From assembly GCA_965224025.1 (NCBI GenBank), contig OZ245033.1, positions 1,056,001 through 1,120,000 on the forward strand: a DNA stretch of 64,000 bases, in the 5' to 3' direction. The translations under genes and the position numbers were made by a program. The notes beneath the pieces are model-generated. The model had not been told where the DNA came from, searched no databases, and saw only the letters and a list, made by a program, of their open reading frames with translations. Positions within the stretch are counted from its first letter, which is position 1; every line of letters begins with the position of its first letter. This stretch comes from Candidatus Multivorans sp. (GTDB lineage: Bacteria > Acidobacteriota > Thermoanaerobaculia > Multivoradales > Multivoraceae). Positions 49,246-61,297 of the stretch are shown piece by piece.

Positions 49246-49896
49246 TCAGAAGCTCTGCGCGGGGACGAAGTACTGCGTGCCCCGGATCGGTCGGGTGATG
49301 TGGTGCAGCAGTTCCTCGAAGTCCGCGGGTTTGTGTTCGAAGTCCAGGTTGCGGCTGTCCACCACCAGACGCGGGGACTGATCGTAGTGGTAGTAGTAGT
49401 GGTTGTAGGCCTCGATCAACTGGGCCAGGTAGTCGGCGGAGATGTGCTGCTCGATGTCGCGCGAGCGCTTGTGAATGCGCGCCATGCAGGTCTCCACGTC
49501 GGCGGTCAGAAAGATCAGCAGGTCCGGTCCGAGGAGCTGTGGTTCGAGCAGGTCGTAGAGCTTCTCGAACAGCATCAACTCGTCGTCGACCAGGTTGAGG
49601 TAGGCGAACAGCCTGCTCTTGGCGAAAGTGTAGTCGGCGAGGCGGATGGGATCGAAGAGATCGCCCTGGGCCAGTTCCAGTTGCTGCTTGTAGCGCGTCA
49701 GCAGGAAGTAGAGCTCGGTCTGGAACGCGGTCCCGGGCCGGTCGTGGTAGAAGGCCTCGAGAAAGGGGTTGTCCACGTCCTCGAGGATCTTCACGCCCTC
49801 GAAATGCTGCGCGAGCATCTCGACGAGTGTCGTCTTGCCTACGCCGATTGGTCCGTCGACGGCCAGGTACCGATACGGAAGCGCGTCAACGGGCAC
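49246..49896 (-). CDS. Deoxynucleoside kinase
   Basis: [31 protein letters not shown]. Confidence 0.9.
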   Translation of the reverse strand: MPVDALPYRYLAVDGPIGVGKTTLVEMLAQHFEGVKILEDVDNPFLEAFYHDRPGTAFQTELYFLLTRYKQQLELAQGDLFDPIRLADYTFAKSRLFAYLNLVDDELMLFEKLYDLLEPQLLGPDLLIFLTADVETCMARIHKRSRDIEQHISADYLAQLIEAYNHYYYHYDQSPRLVVDSRNLDFEHKPADFEELLHHITRPIRGTQYFVPAQSF

Positions 49897-49999
49897 TGCG
49901 CGGACTATACAATCCCCCGCGGCGCCGGGACCGTCGGGGCGGCGGGTTCGTCGCGCCCGAAGCGACGGCAAGAGAACTTCCGAGAGGGGGACGATAGAA

Positions 50000-51004
50000 G
50001 TGAATCCCTGGTGGCGGAGACCGGCGGCGGAAAATGGCCCCGCCAAGGCGGCGCCGGAGAGGGGCAGCGCCGCGGACACGGGCGTGCAGGAGGAAGAAAG
50101 CGGGCAGATCGAAGAACCCGCCGGCGAGCCGGAGGCTCAGGCGGCTGCCGAGGAGGTTGAAGCGGCCGCCGCGGAGGAGAGCGCACCGGCCGCCGATACA
50201 TCGTCTCCGCTGGTCGATGCCGGGGCGGCGCCCGCCGGGGATGCGGAAGCATGCGTTGATGCGCCGGAAGCCGCCGCCGATGCAGCCGCTCAAGAGAACG
50301 TGGCTCGGGAGGCGGATGCGGCGGCCGGAGACGACCCTGGTGAAGCGGGTGTTTCGCCGGCCCTTGAGGCGGCGACGGAACCTGCGCGGCCCGTCCGAGC
50401 GGCGCCCGCGGACGAGGACAAGCCGGCGCCGGCCAAACGCCGCCGCCGTCGCCGCCGGCGCGGCGGTCGCGGTCGGGCGGCGCAGAGTGAGGGCGAATCG
50501 GGCGCGCCGAAGGAAACCCGAGCCGTGCCCGCCGGTCCGCCCGCGGCGTCGCCGTCGGCGGCTGGACGGACGGCCGTGCTGCTCGATCTGGGTGCCCTGA
50601 AACGCAGCCTGGGAGCAACCTCCGGGCTCGATCCGGAGGGTCTGTTTACGCGCTTCGACGAGGACCTTGGGAAGCTCGTCCTGCGCCGCGTCTACGCGGA
50701 TGCGGGGGACCACGACCTGGATCGCGCCGCGCTTCACCGCGGCGGCGTCGAAGTCGTCGACGTGCCGTCGAACATGGAGGAGCGCGGTTGTTCCGCCGCG
50801 GTGCGGATCGTGGTGGATGCTCTCGAACTCTGCTACACGAAGCCCGGTGTCAACACCATGGTGCTGGTGGCGTCGTCGGTGCAGACGCTGCCCCTGGTGG
50901 CCAAGCTGCAGCAGAACGGCGTCAGGGTGATCGGCCTCGGCGGAGCGGATGCCGACGCGCGGGTGCGCGGCCAGTGCGACCGCTTCATCGATGTGGGCGG
51001 CTAG
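50000..51004 (+). CDS. NYN/LabA-like domain protein with disordered N-terminus
   Basis: C-terminal RRVYAD, IVVDALELCY, PLVAKL...GVRVIG.G, CDRFI. Confidence 0.7.
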   Translation: MNPWWRRPAAENGPAKAAPERGSAADTGVQEEESGQIEEPAGEPEAQAAAEEVEAAAAEESAPAADTSSPLVDAGAAPAGDAEACVDAPEAAADAAAQENVAREADAAAGDDPGEAGVSPALEAATEPARPVRAAPADEDKPAPAKRRRRRRRRGGRGRAAQSEGESGAPKETRAVPAGPPAASPSAAGRTAVLLDLGALKRSLGATSGLDPEGLFTRFDEDLGKLVLRRVYADAGDHDLDRAALHRGGVEVVDVPSNMEERGCSAAVRIVVDALELCYTKPGVNTMVLVASSVQTLPLVAKLQQNGVRVIGLGGADADARVRGQCDRFIDVGG

Positions 51005-51040
51005 CAGGCCCGCGTCGGGCTGGCGTTTCGGCGTCGGACG

Positions 51041-51350
51041 CACCCGCCCGTCTTGGGACAGGAGGGGTCGGCTCCCAGGTGACGTGAGCGCTTGAGAGGA
51101 GATGGGATGGGGTGGCGCTCACTCCGCTTCACTCGCTCCGGTTGGTCGTCGGTGAGTGCAACGTCGTCGGGCGTCGCTCGTTCAGAGGCACCTGGGAGCC
51201 GACCCCTCCTGCCCCGACTGGGCTGGCGGTCGTTGCCGAGAGGGCGGGCTATCGAGAGGGCTGGCCATAGCTCGCTCCGAGTCCGCAGGGACCCTCCTCA
51301 CAGGCCCCCGGACTGGCCGGAGGGCGTTGGGCTGATGAGCGGCCGGAACG
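51041..51350 (+). repeat. ~192-bp structured element copy 3 (51041-51232) plus ~120-bp tail shared with copy 4
   Basis: Inverted homologue of 52745-53040; internal stem GGGACAGGAGGGGTCGGCTCCCAGGTG / CACCTGGGAGCCGACCCCTCCTGCCCC. Confidence 0.9.
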
Positions 51351-51370
51351 GACGTGTTGGTGGGCGAGCG

Positions 51371-52681
51371 TTAGAGTTCTGAACCCGTGCTGGAAGCAGC
51401 CTGGACCAGGGAGTTTGCCGCGTAGTCCAACTGGCCCTCGGTGACCACCAACGGCGGCGCGATCTGCAGCACTGTGCCGGAAGCGCCGCCGCTCAGGGCG
51501 ATCACACCGCGTTCGAGGAGTTGCCGACTGAGGCGGGCCGCCCGTTCCGGCGCGTCGAGTTCCACACCCCACAGCAGCGCCGTGCCGCGGACGTCGACGA
51601 CGCCTGGTTGCTGCTCGAGCAACTCGAGGCGAGGGCCGAAGTGGCGGCCCATCTCTCGCGACCGCTCGATCAGGGCTGCACTCTCGATCACTTCGAGCGT
51701 CGCGAGGGCAGCGGCGCAGGCGAGTGGATGCGCGACGAAGGTCGCGGTGTGGCGGGCCTCGCCCTCTGTCTGCCAGGAGGCCATGACGTCCTTCTTTCCG
51801 AGCACGACTGCGATCGGGAGACCACCGCCCAGGGCCTTGCCGCAGCAGATGAGATCCGGCTCGATTTCCGACTCCGCGCTGAGGAACCACTCGCCGCAGC
51901 GGCCGAACGCGGTGAAGATCTCGTCGACCGCCAGGACCACGTCGTGCGCACGGCAGGCCGCGGCCAATCCGGCCAACCAGCCCGGAGGAGGCCATCGGGT
52001 CGCCTCGCGGCCGATCACTGGTTCGACCAGACAGGTTCCGATCTGCGGTTGGCGATGCAGCAGGTGTTGGACCTCTTCAAGTCTCGCGCCGTAGGGCAGT
52101 CGGTGAATCTGGTTCTCCAGCGGCTCGGTGAAGGGAGTCCGAAAGGCCGACCTCGAAGTGCCCTGGAGAGCCCCCAGAGTGGTGCCGTGGTACGCAGGCG
52201 TGAACGCGAGGATTCCCGGACGGCCGCTGTACAGGCGCCCGGTCTTGAGCGCGATCTCCACAGCGTCGGCTCCCGAAGCGGCAAAGTAGACGCGGGGTTC
52301 TGGAAAGGGCGCCAGGGAAACCAGCCTCTCGCCCAGTTCGATGCGGGCCGGATGGGCATAGACATCACCGAGCCCGTGGAGGAGGCGATCCGCCTGCCGC
52401 TTGACCGCCGAGACCACGGCAGGATGCCGGTGGCCCACCGCGGCGACTCCGAACCCGGCCGTCAGGTCGAGGTAGCGATTGCCGTCGATATCGAGCACAT
52501 TGCTGCCGAGAGCCTCCTCCCACAGCATCGCGGTGCTTCCGCCGACGAGGGTGTTGATCCCAGGCGCCTCGGCCGCGTCGAGCCGCCTGGCTGCCCTCCC
52601 GGCTCGTGGCCCCGGCAGCGACGTTCTCATCTGCGGCAGTTGATCACCGCTGTCGAGTCGGTGCGAACGAGGAGCAGCCAT
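51371..52681 (-). CDS. Class III PLP aminotransferase (GabT/ArgD-like)
   Basis: DIDGNRYLD, SGADAVEIALK, AYHG.T, DEIFTAFGR, GKALGGG. Confidence 0.9.
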   Translation of the reverse strand: MAAPRSHRLDSGDQLPQMRTSLPGPRAGRAARRLDAAEAPGINTLVGGSTAMLWEEALGSNVLDIDGNRYLDLTAGFGVAAVGHRHPAVVSAVKRQADRLLHGLGDVYAHPARIELGERLVSLAPFPEPRVYFAASGADAVEIALKTGRLYSGRPGILAFTPAYHGTTLGALQGTSRSAFRTPFTEPLENQIHRLPYGARLEEVQHLLHRQPQIGTCLVEPVIGREATRWPPPGWLAGLAAACRAHDVVLAVDEIFTAFGRCGEWFLSAESEIEPDLICCGKALGGGLPIAVVLGKKDVMASWQTEGEARHTATFVAHPLACAAALATLEVIESAALIERSREMGRHFGPRLELLEQQPGVVDVRGTALLWGVELDAPERAARLSRQLLERGVIALSGGASGTVLQIAPPLVVTEGQLDYAANSLVQAASSTGSEL

Positions 52682-52744
52682 GCCGAAGGTCAGAGGCTAG
52701 CGTCTTCTCTCGGACTCGCCTTGCCATCCGCTTGAGGCACTGCC

Positions 52745-53040
52745 CCGTTCTGGCCGCCAATCAGCCCGCCGTCCTCCAGCCCGTGCCGGGGCCCGTGAGC
52801 GGGTCCCGCGCGGACCCGGAGAGAGCGGTAGCCAACCCCTCTCGGCACCGACGTCCAGCCCAGTCGGGTCAGGAGGGGTCAGCTCCCAGGTGCCTCTGAA
52901 CGAGCGAAGCCCGACGACGTTGCACTCACCGACGCCCAACCGGAGCGAGTGAAGCGGAGTGAGCGCCATCCCCTCCCATCTCCTCTCAGGCGCTCACGCC
53001 ACCTGGGAGCTGACCCCTCCTGACCCAAGACGGGCGGGTG
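52745..53040 (-). repeat. ~192-bp structured element copy 4 (52849-53040) plus shared tail
   Basis: Reverse complement aligns to 51041-51350 with scattered substitutions. Confidence 0.9.
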
Positions 53041-53158
53041 CAGCGCAACGCCAGGCGGGTGCAGCGCAACGCCAGGCGGGTGCAGCGCAACGCCAGGCGG
53101 GTGCAGCGCAACGCCAGGCGGGTGCAGCGCAACGCCAGGCGGGTGCAGCGCAGCGCCA
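53033..53158. repeat. 6 x 21-bp tandem repeat GGCGGGTGCAGCGCAACGCCA
   Basis: Five exact units and one with a single substitution. Confidence 0.95.
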
Positions 53159-53189
53159 GGCGGCTGCGTCCGACGCCCCCGCGGGCACA

Positions 53190-54392
53190 CTACGCGGACG
53201 CGATGCGATCGCAGATGCGGTCCAGCGCCGACTCGTCGAGGTAGGGGTGCATCGGCAGGCTGACCACCCGGTCGGCCAGGCTCTCGCTCACCGGCAGCGA
53301 TCCCGGACCGCGGCTGTACCGCTCGTACGCCGGCTGCAGGTGCATCGGGCGCGGGTAGTAGACCGCGGTCGGAATGCCGGCGCGATCGAGATGGCCGCGC
53401 AGTGCATCCCGGGTGCGCGCCGACGGCCTTCCGGCCGCGTCGTCCACTCGTAGCGTGTACTGGGCCCAACTCGACTCCGCTTCGGCCCCGCACTCCGGCA
53501 CGGCGACGCGCCATGGCGTGGCCATCGACGTCGACGCGGCGGCCAGCCTTTCGGTGTAGCCGGCGGCCACCGCTCGACGGGCTGCGAGTTCCTGCTCGAA
53601 GATGGTCAGCTTCGCCAGCAGCACGGCGGCCTGCAGCGTGTCCAGCCGGCCGTTCATCCCCAGCCGCACGATGTCGTAGCGGTCGGCGCTCTGACCGTGC
53701 TCGCGCATCGAACGCACCACCTCCGCGGTGGCAGGTTCGGTGCAAAGGACCGCTCCGCCGTCGCCGTAGCCGCCCAGCGGCTTGGCGGGGTAGAAACTGG
53801 TCGTCGTCACGTCTGCCAGCGACCCGACGGGCCTGCCGCCGCGACGGGCGCCGAAGCTCTGGGCGGCGTCGGAGACGACCTCCAGCTCCCTTGCCGCCGC
53901 CCACTCCGCCAGCGGATGCTGGGGCATCGGCCGGCCAAACAGGTCGACGGTGATGACCGCTCTGGGAACGGCGCTTCCAGCGCGCTCCAGCGCGTCGAAC
54001 TCACGCCCGAGCGAATCGAGGTCGAGCAGAAAGTCATCCTCCCGCACGTCGACGAACACCGGGACGGCGCCTGCCAGCAGGACGACTTCCGCGGTCGCCG
54101 TGAACGTGAAGGACGGAACGAACACCGCGTCGCGCCGACATTCCGTTCGCCCAACGCCCAGCGCAAGCAGGGCGATCAGCAGGGCGTCCGATCCGCTCGA
54201 TACCGCAACCGCCGACGCGCCGCCCAGCCGGCCCAGTTCCGCCTCCAGTTCCTCGACTTCTGGGCCCATGACGTAGCGGCCGTGGTCGAGGACGGCGGCG
54301 ATTCGCCGATCGATCTCCGGCCGCAGCCGCCTCGACTGGGCTACGAGGTCGACGAAGGGAATCCGCTTCCCTGGGTCCGTGCGCGTCTTCAT
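53190..54392 (-). CDS. DegT/DnrJ/EryC1/StrS sugar aminotransferase
   Basis: IPFVDL, SGSDAL, PSFTFTAT, DAAQSFGA, SFYPAKPLGGYGDGG, NGRLDTLQA. Confidence 0.93.
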   Translation of the reverse strand: MKTRTDPGKRIPFVDLVAQSRRLRPEIDRRIAAVLDHGRYVMGPEVEELEAELGRLGGASAVAVSSGSDALLIALLALGVGRTECRRDAVFVPSFTFTATAEVVLLAGAVPVFVDVREDDFLLDLDSLGREFDALERAGSAVPRAVITVDLFGRPMPQHPLAEWAAARELEVVSDAAQSFGARRGGRPVGSLADVTTTSFYPAKPLGGYGDGGAVLCTEPATAEVVRSMREHGQSADRYDIVRLGMNGRLDTLQAAVLLAKLTIFEQELAARRAVAAGYTERLAAASTSMATPWRVAVPECGAEAESSWAQYTLRVDDAAGRPSARTRDALRGHLDRAGIPTAVYYPRPMHLQPAYERYSRGPGSLPVSESLADRVVSLPMHPYLDESALDRICDRIASA

Positions 54393-55519
54393 GGCCCGGA
54401 GTGTATTGGCCCGCGGGCCAGCGACTTTCTCAGCACCCCAAGGGACTTGCCGAGCAGCGATGACGTCGGCAGATCGTCGATCTCCTCGAGAGCAAACCAC
54501 TCCAGGCCGCACCGGCCTGATCCGGCCCGCGACGCACCGGCTTCCGGGGCCGGCCGGTCCGGCCGCCAGCGGGCGAGCGCAACCCGCACAACGAAGTCAC
54601 GATAGGTGACCGTGTGCCGCACCGCGACATCGTCGTCGTCGCATTCCCAGGCGCCGCCGAACTCCATGCGGAGCAGCTCTGCCGCATGGCTCGCGGACTC
54701 ATGGCCCCTCACGAGCTCGACCGTCGGCAGATGCCAGCGGCCGGCTAGCCAATCCGCGCCGTTCGGGCGGCGGTGCAGCAGCAAGCCGCGACCACTCTCG
54801 ACCACCGCCGTAAAGCAGTGAATCGCCCGTCGCGTTCGACGCCGGCCCGCGACGGGATACGCCCGGGGATCCAGCCCGCTCGTCTGGAAGGCCCTGCAGC
54901 CTGGAGCGAGCGGACAGAGGCCACAGTCGGGGCGCCGGCGCCGGCAGACGAGCGAACCCACCTCCATCAAGGCCTGATTCGAGTCCCCCGGCCGGTTCGG
55001 GTCCAGGAACCTCGCCGCGGTCGCCAGCAGCTTCCTTCGGGCTTCGGCCTGCTTGGGCGGCCGCGAGGAAGCCAGGAAGCGGCTCAGCACGCGTTCGACG
55101 TTGCCGTCGAGCACCGGCGCACATTCTCCGCCCAGGCGGCTGGCAAGCAGCGCCGAAGTGTAGGCCCCTACGCCGGGCAACTCGCTCCACTCCGCGGCGG
55201 TCCGGGGAAACTCGCTCCGTTCGGCCAGGAAGCGGGCGGCACGATGGAGGTTCCGGGCCCGGCGGTAGTACCCGAGGCCCGACCAGGCGGCCTCGACCTC
55301 CTCGACCCCGGCCGCGGCCAACGCATCAAGAGTGGGAAACCTGTCGAGGAAGCCCGGATAGCGCGAAGCAACGACCTCGCTCCGGGTCTGCTGAAGCATG
55401 ACTTCCGCAACCAGTATCTCGTAGGGATCCCCGGATCGGCGCCACGGCAGATCGCGCCGGCAGCGGTCGAACCAGTCCAGCAGCCCGTCCCTAAGCTCCG
55501 CTGGTTGAAGTAACTGCAA
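54389..55519 (-). CDS. mutY: A/G-specific adenine glycosylase
   Basis: RDLPWR, EVMLQQT, WSGLGYYRRARNL, LPGVG.YT, DGNV.RV, 4Fe-4S Cys motif. Confidence 0.95.
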   Translation of the reverse strand: MQLLQPAELRDGLLDWFDRCRRDLPWRRSGDPYEILVAEVMLQQTRSEVVASRYPGFLDRFPTLDALAAAGVEEVEAAWSGLGYYRRARNLHRAARFLAERSEFPRTAAEWSELPGVGAYTSALLASRLGGECAPVLDGNVERVLSRFLASSRPPKQAEARRKLLATAARFLDPNRPGDSNQALMEVGSLVCRRRRPDCGLCPLAPGCRAFQTSGLDPRAYPVAGRRRTRRAIHCFTAVVESGRGLLLHRRPNGADWLAGRWHLPTVELVRGHESASHAAELLRMEFGGAWECDDDDVAVRHTVTYRDFVVRVALARWRPDRPAPEAGASRAGSGRCGLEWFALEEIDDLPTSSLLGKSLGVLRKSLARGPIHSGP

Positions 55520-55724
55520 GAGGGATCAGAGCCTAGGCCGCCGGAGCGGAGCCGTGGCGCGACCAGCGCTCAAGAAAAGATGAAGAAAGTGCCAAGAAAC
55601 CTCTTGTTCCCGCCAAGGCCCGCTGCTATCCTGCCCATCTCGCGCAACGGAGACCGCCCGGCCTGAGACCACAGGACGCCTGCTTGTCCGAGAACCGCCA
55701 GTTTCTGCGCCGGTCGTCCCGAGT

Positions 55725-55756
55725 TTTTCCACATTGTGCGGAAAAGCTGCGGAACA
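55725..55756. promoter_or_regulatory. DnaA-box-like sites upstream of dnaA
   Basis: TTTTCCACA (55725-33), inverted TTTTCCGCA (55737-45) and TGTTCCGCA (55748-56). Confidence 0.55.
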
Positions 55757-55886
55757 TGGTTCTACGGAGCGGCTTGTCCCTAGTGAACGCCTAGGGCATA
55801 GGTGGTGACTGCGCGGTTGGTGTCGGAGGGACAGGTGCGTCTCGGGGACAAGCAAAGGGAAGAGGAAGTAGAACGGACTGCGCGGC

Positions 55887-57221
55887 ATGCCTAGTTCGGT
55901 TTGGCCGACTCTACGCCGGCAGTTGCGCGCCGATCTGCCACCGGACGAATTCCGCACCTGGTTCCACCCACTCAGGGTCGCCTCGGAGGACGCCGAACAG
56001 TTGGTCCTTGAAGCGCCGAACTCCCGCTTCGTCGCGGCGCTGGAGGAAGGCTTCCGGCCCATCGTCGACTGGGCGATCGCGGATCTCAAGGGGCCGACCT
56101 TCCAGGTTCTCTTCAAGAGCAGCGATTCGGTCAGACGGACCGCCCGCCCGGCGGCGACTTCCCGAAGGACACCGGCGGTTGTAGACGACGACGCGGCTGG
56201 CGGCAGCTCCCTCAACCCACAGTACCGCTTCGACTCGTTCGTGATCGGCAACTCGAACCGCTTCGCCTGCGCCGCCTCCCAGGCGGTGGCCGAGAAGCCC
56301 GGACTCGCGTACAACCCGCTTTTCCTCTACGGCGGCGTGGGCCTTGGGAAGACCCACCTCCTGCACGCGATCGGGAACCGCCTCCGGGGAACCGTCCCCG
56401 GTACGCGCGTCGTCTATCTGGCCGCCGAGGACTTCGTCAACGACTTGATCACGTCGATCCGGTTCGAGCGCATGCCCGCCTTCCGGGAGCGCCACCGGAC
56501 AATTGATGTTCTCCTGGTCGACGACATCCAGTTTCTGGCCAAGAAGGAACGATCGCAGGAGGAATTCTTCCACACCTTCAACGTGCTCTATACGCGGCAA
56601 AAGCAGATCATCGTCACCTCCGACGCGCAGCCGCGGGATCTGGCCGACGTGGAAGAGCGGCTGCGGAGTCGTTTCGGCTCCGGCCTGCTCGCGGACATCC
56701 AGCCCCCGGACCTCGAGACCAAGGTCGCCATTCTCCAGCGCAAGGCCCGCCAACTCCAGGGCCTCGACCTGGACACCGATGTCGCCCTCTTCATCGCCCG
56801 GCAAGTGCACTCGAACGTGCGGGAGCTCGAGGGGCTGCTCAACCGCGTCACCGCCTTCGCGTCGCTCTCCGGCGCGCGTCTCGACCTGGACTTCGCGAAG
56901 GAGGCGCTGCGCGATGTTCTCCCGGAGCATGACCGTCCGGTGTCCCCGGCGCAGATCGTCAAGCTCGTGGCCCATCACTACGGGCTCAAGGTGCGCGAGA
57001 TCAAGAGTAAGAGCAACTCGCGGCAGATCACCTATCCCCGACAGATCGCGATGTTCCTCTGCAAGCGACTGACCGAGATGTCCTATCCGGAGATCGGCAG
57101 GCTGTTCAACGGCAAACACCACTCGACGGTCATGTACTCCGTCGAGCAGATCGAGCGGCGTCGCGACGACGACGAGCGCCTGGCTGCTCAACTGGAGCGC
57201 TTCACCCGTCAACTCGGTTGA
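55887..57221 (+). CDS. dnaA: Chromosomal replication initiator DnaA
   Basis: YNPLFLYGGVGLGKTHL, DDIQF, QEEFFHTFN, NVRELEG, RQIAMFL. Confidence 0.98.
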   Translation: MPSSVWPTLRRQLRADLPPDEFRTWFHPLRVASEDAEQLVLEAPNSRFVAALEEGFRPIVDWAIADLKGPTFQVLFKSSDSVRRTARPAATSRRTPAVVDDDAAGGSSLNPQYRFDSFVIGNSNRFACAASQAVAEKPGLAYNPLFLYGGVGLGKTHLLHAIGNRLRGTVPGTRVVYLAAEDFVNDLITSIRFERMPAFRERHRTIDVLLVDDIQFLAKKERSQEEFFHTFNVLYTRQKQIIVTSDAQPRDLADVEERLRSRFGSGLLADIQPPDLETKVAILQRKARQLQGLDLDTDVALFIARQVHSNVRELEGLLNRVTAFASLSGARLDLDFAKEALRDVLPEHDRPVSPAQIVKLVAHHYGLKVREIKSKSNSRQITYPRQIAMFLCKRLTEMSYPEIGRLFNGKHHSTVMYSVEQIERRRDDDERLAAQLERFTRQLG

Positions 57222-57562
57222 GCCGACGCACGCGCCCAAAGACAGCCCCTGGCGCCACCTGGAAGACGAACCATCCTGCGGAATCCCAGCGGATCGGCCC
57301 CGGAGCGAACTGCGAGGCAGCGGCGGATTGACCGAGCGTTCGCTTCGGCCATTCTGCGGACAGAATTCGCGGCTGCCTGCACCGAAGCGTGAAACTCCGC
57401 ACAATGCACAACGAATCCACCGCATCGTCCACCACTTACCGTCAGAGATACAAAGCCATAAGTTGCTCTGTTTGAATGGTTTACATGGCACATGCACAGA
57501 CGCGGCCAAAGCCTTCTACGACAACTTGGATGGTGTATATTGACTCCCTGAGGAGAGCGTAG
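57222..57562. other. Candidate oriC (dnaA-dnaN intergenic)
   Basis: Several degenerate TCCGCA/TCCAC 9-mers, AT-richer segment and an IHF-like palindrome at 57459-57483. Confidence 0.5.
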
Positions 57563-58675
57563 ATGAAGACCAGGGTTGAACGAAGAGAACTGCTGATCGA
57601 ACTCGCGGCGATGCGCGGCATCGTGGAGAGCAGGTCGACGATTCCGGTCCTGTCCCACCTCCTGTTGCGGGTTCGCGAGAACCGCTTGGAACTGGCTGCG
57701 ACCGATCTCGATGTTTCGCTCACGTCTTCGTGCGCGGCCGAGGAAGGGTTCGGCGAGCCGGGCGCCACTGCCGTTCAGGCGCGCAAACTCCTGGAGATCG
57801 TCCGCGCTCTCGGTGACGGTCCGGTCGAGTTGTCGACCGGCGAGTCCAACTCGCTCCACATCGCTGCCGGCTCCTCGCGGTTCCGCATCAACGGTCTCTC
57901 GGCCGAGGACTTTCCGACTCTGGCCGCGGTCGATCCCGACTCGGCCTCCGCATCCTTCGAGGCGCCGTTTGCCGAATTCAAGCGAATGATTGGCAAGGTC
58001 ATCTTCGCGGTCTCCGCCGAAGAGTCACGGTTTCAGTTGAACGGCGCTCTGCTCAAGTTGAAGGAAGGCGCGGTCGAGCTGGTGGCCACCGACGGCCACC
58101 GCCTTGCCCTGATCCAGGTGGAGATGTCCGGCGTCGCCGAGGCGGACGGTGTGCTGGCGCCGCGCAAGGCCCTGCTGGAACTGATGCGCTTCGACAGCGA
58201 CGAGAGCGTCATCTTCCGGCGCGGCGAGCACCATCTCGCCTTTGTGATCGGGCGTCGCGAGCTGACCTGCCGCATCCTCGAGGGCACATTCCCGGACTAC
58301 GAGAAGGTCATCTCGAAGGACAACGACCGGAAGACCACCTTCGACCGCCAGGAGCTCTCCGAGGTCGTCCATCGCGTTTCTCTGCTGACCGGCGATCGGG
58401 CGCCCATGGTGAGGTTCAAGTTCGACGCGCAGTCGCTGCTCGTGTCGTCGTCCAATCCGGATCTGGGAGAGGCCGAAGAGAGCCTCGAATGCGACTACGA
58501 GGAGGAGAATCTGGAGATCGGCCTGAACCCCGCCTACGTGCGGGACTTCCTGGGCGCGGTCGAGACCGACCGGGTCGAGTTCGCGCTGAAGGACGAGAAC
58601 AGCCAGTGCCTCGGACACCCGGTCGACGGCGCCGATCCGCGCTACCTGTGCGTGATCATGCCGATGCGCATCTAG
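57563..58675 (+). CDS. dnaN: DNA polymerase III beta clamp
   Basis: STIPVLS, ATDL, VATDGHRLA, GTFPDY, VIMPMR. Confidence 0.97.
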   Translation: MKTRVERRELLIELAAMRGIVESRSTIPVLSHLLLRVRENRLELAATDLDVSLTSSCAAEEGFGEPGATAVQARKLLEIVRALGDGPVELSTGESNSLHIAAGSSRFRINGLSAEDFPTLAAVDPDSASASFEAPFAEFKRMIGKVIFAVSAEESRFQLNGALLKLKEGAVELVATDGHRLALIQVEMSGVAEADGVLAPRKALLELMRFDSDESVIFRRGEHHLAFVIGRRELTCRILEGTFPDYEKVISKDNDRKTTFDRQELSEVVHRVSLLTGDRAPMVRFKFDAQSLLVSSSNPDLGEAEESLECDYEEENLEIGLNPAYVRDFLGAVETDRVEFALKDENSQCLGHPVDGADPRYLCVIMPMRI

Positions 58676-58743
58676 CCGTCCTGAACCGCTCCCCGACCCC
58701 TCCTCTAAACCTCCTGTTTTCAAATAGTTACAGGTCGCAATGA

Positions 58744-61287
<2,544 letters not shown>

Positions 61288-61297
61288 TCGGCTTGAC

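Noticed and set aside
53033-53158. CRISPR array or repeat-protein ORFs
   Set aside because: Contiguous units with no spacers; overlapping ORFs are just translations of the repeat
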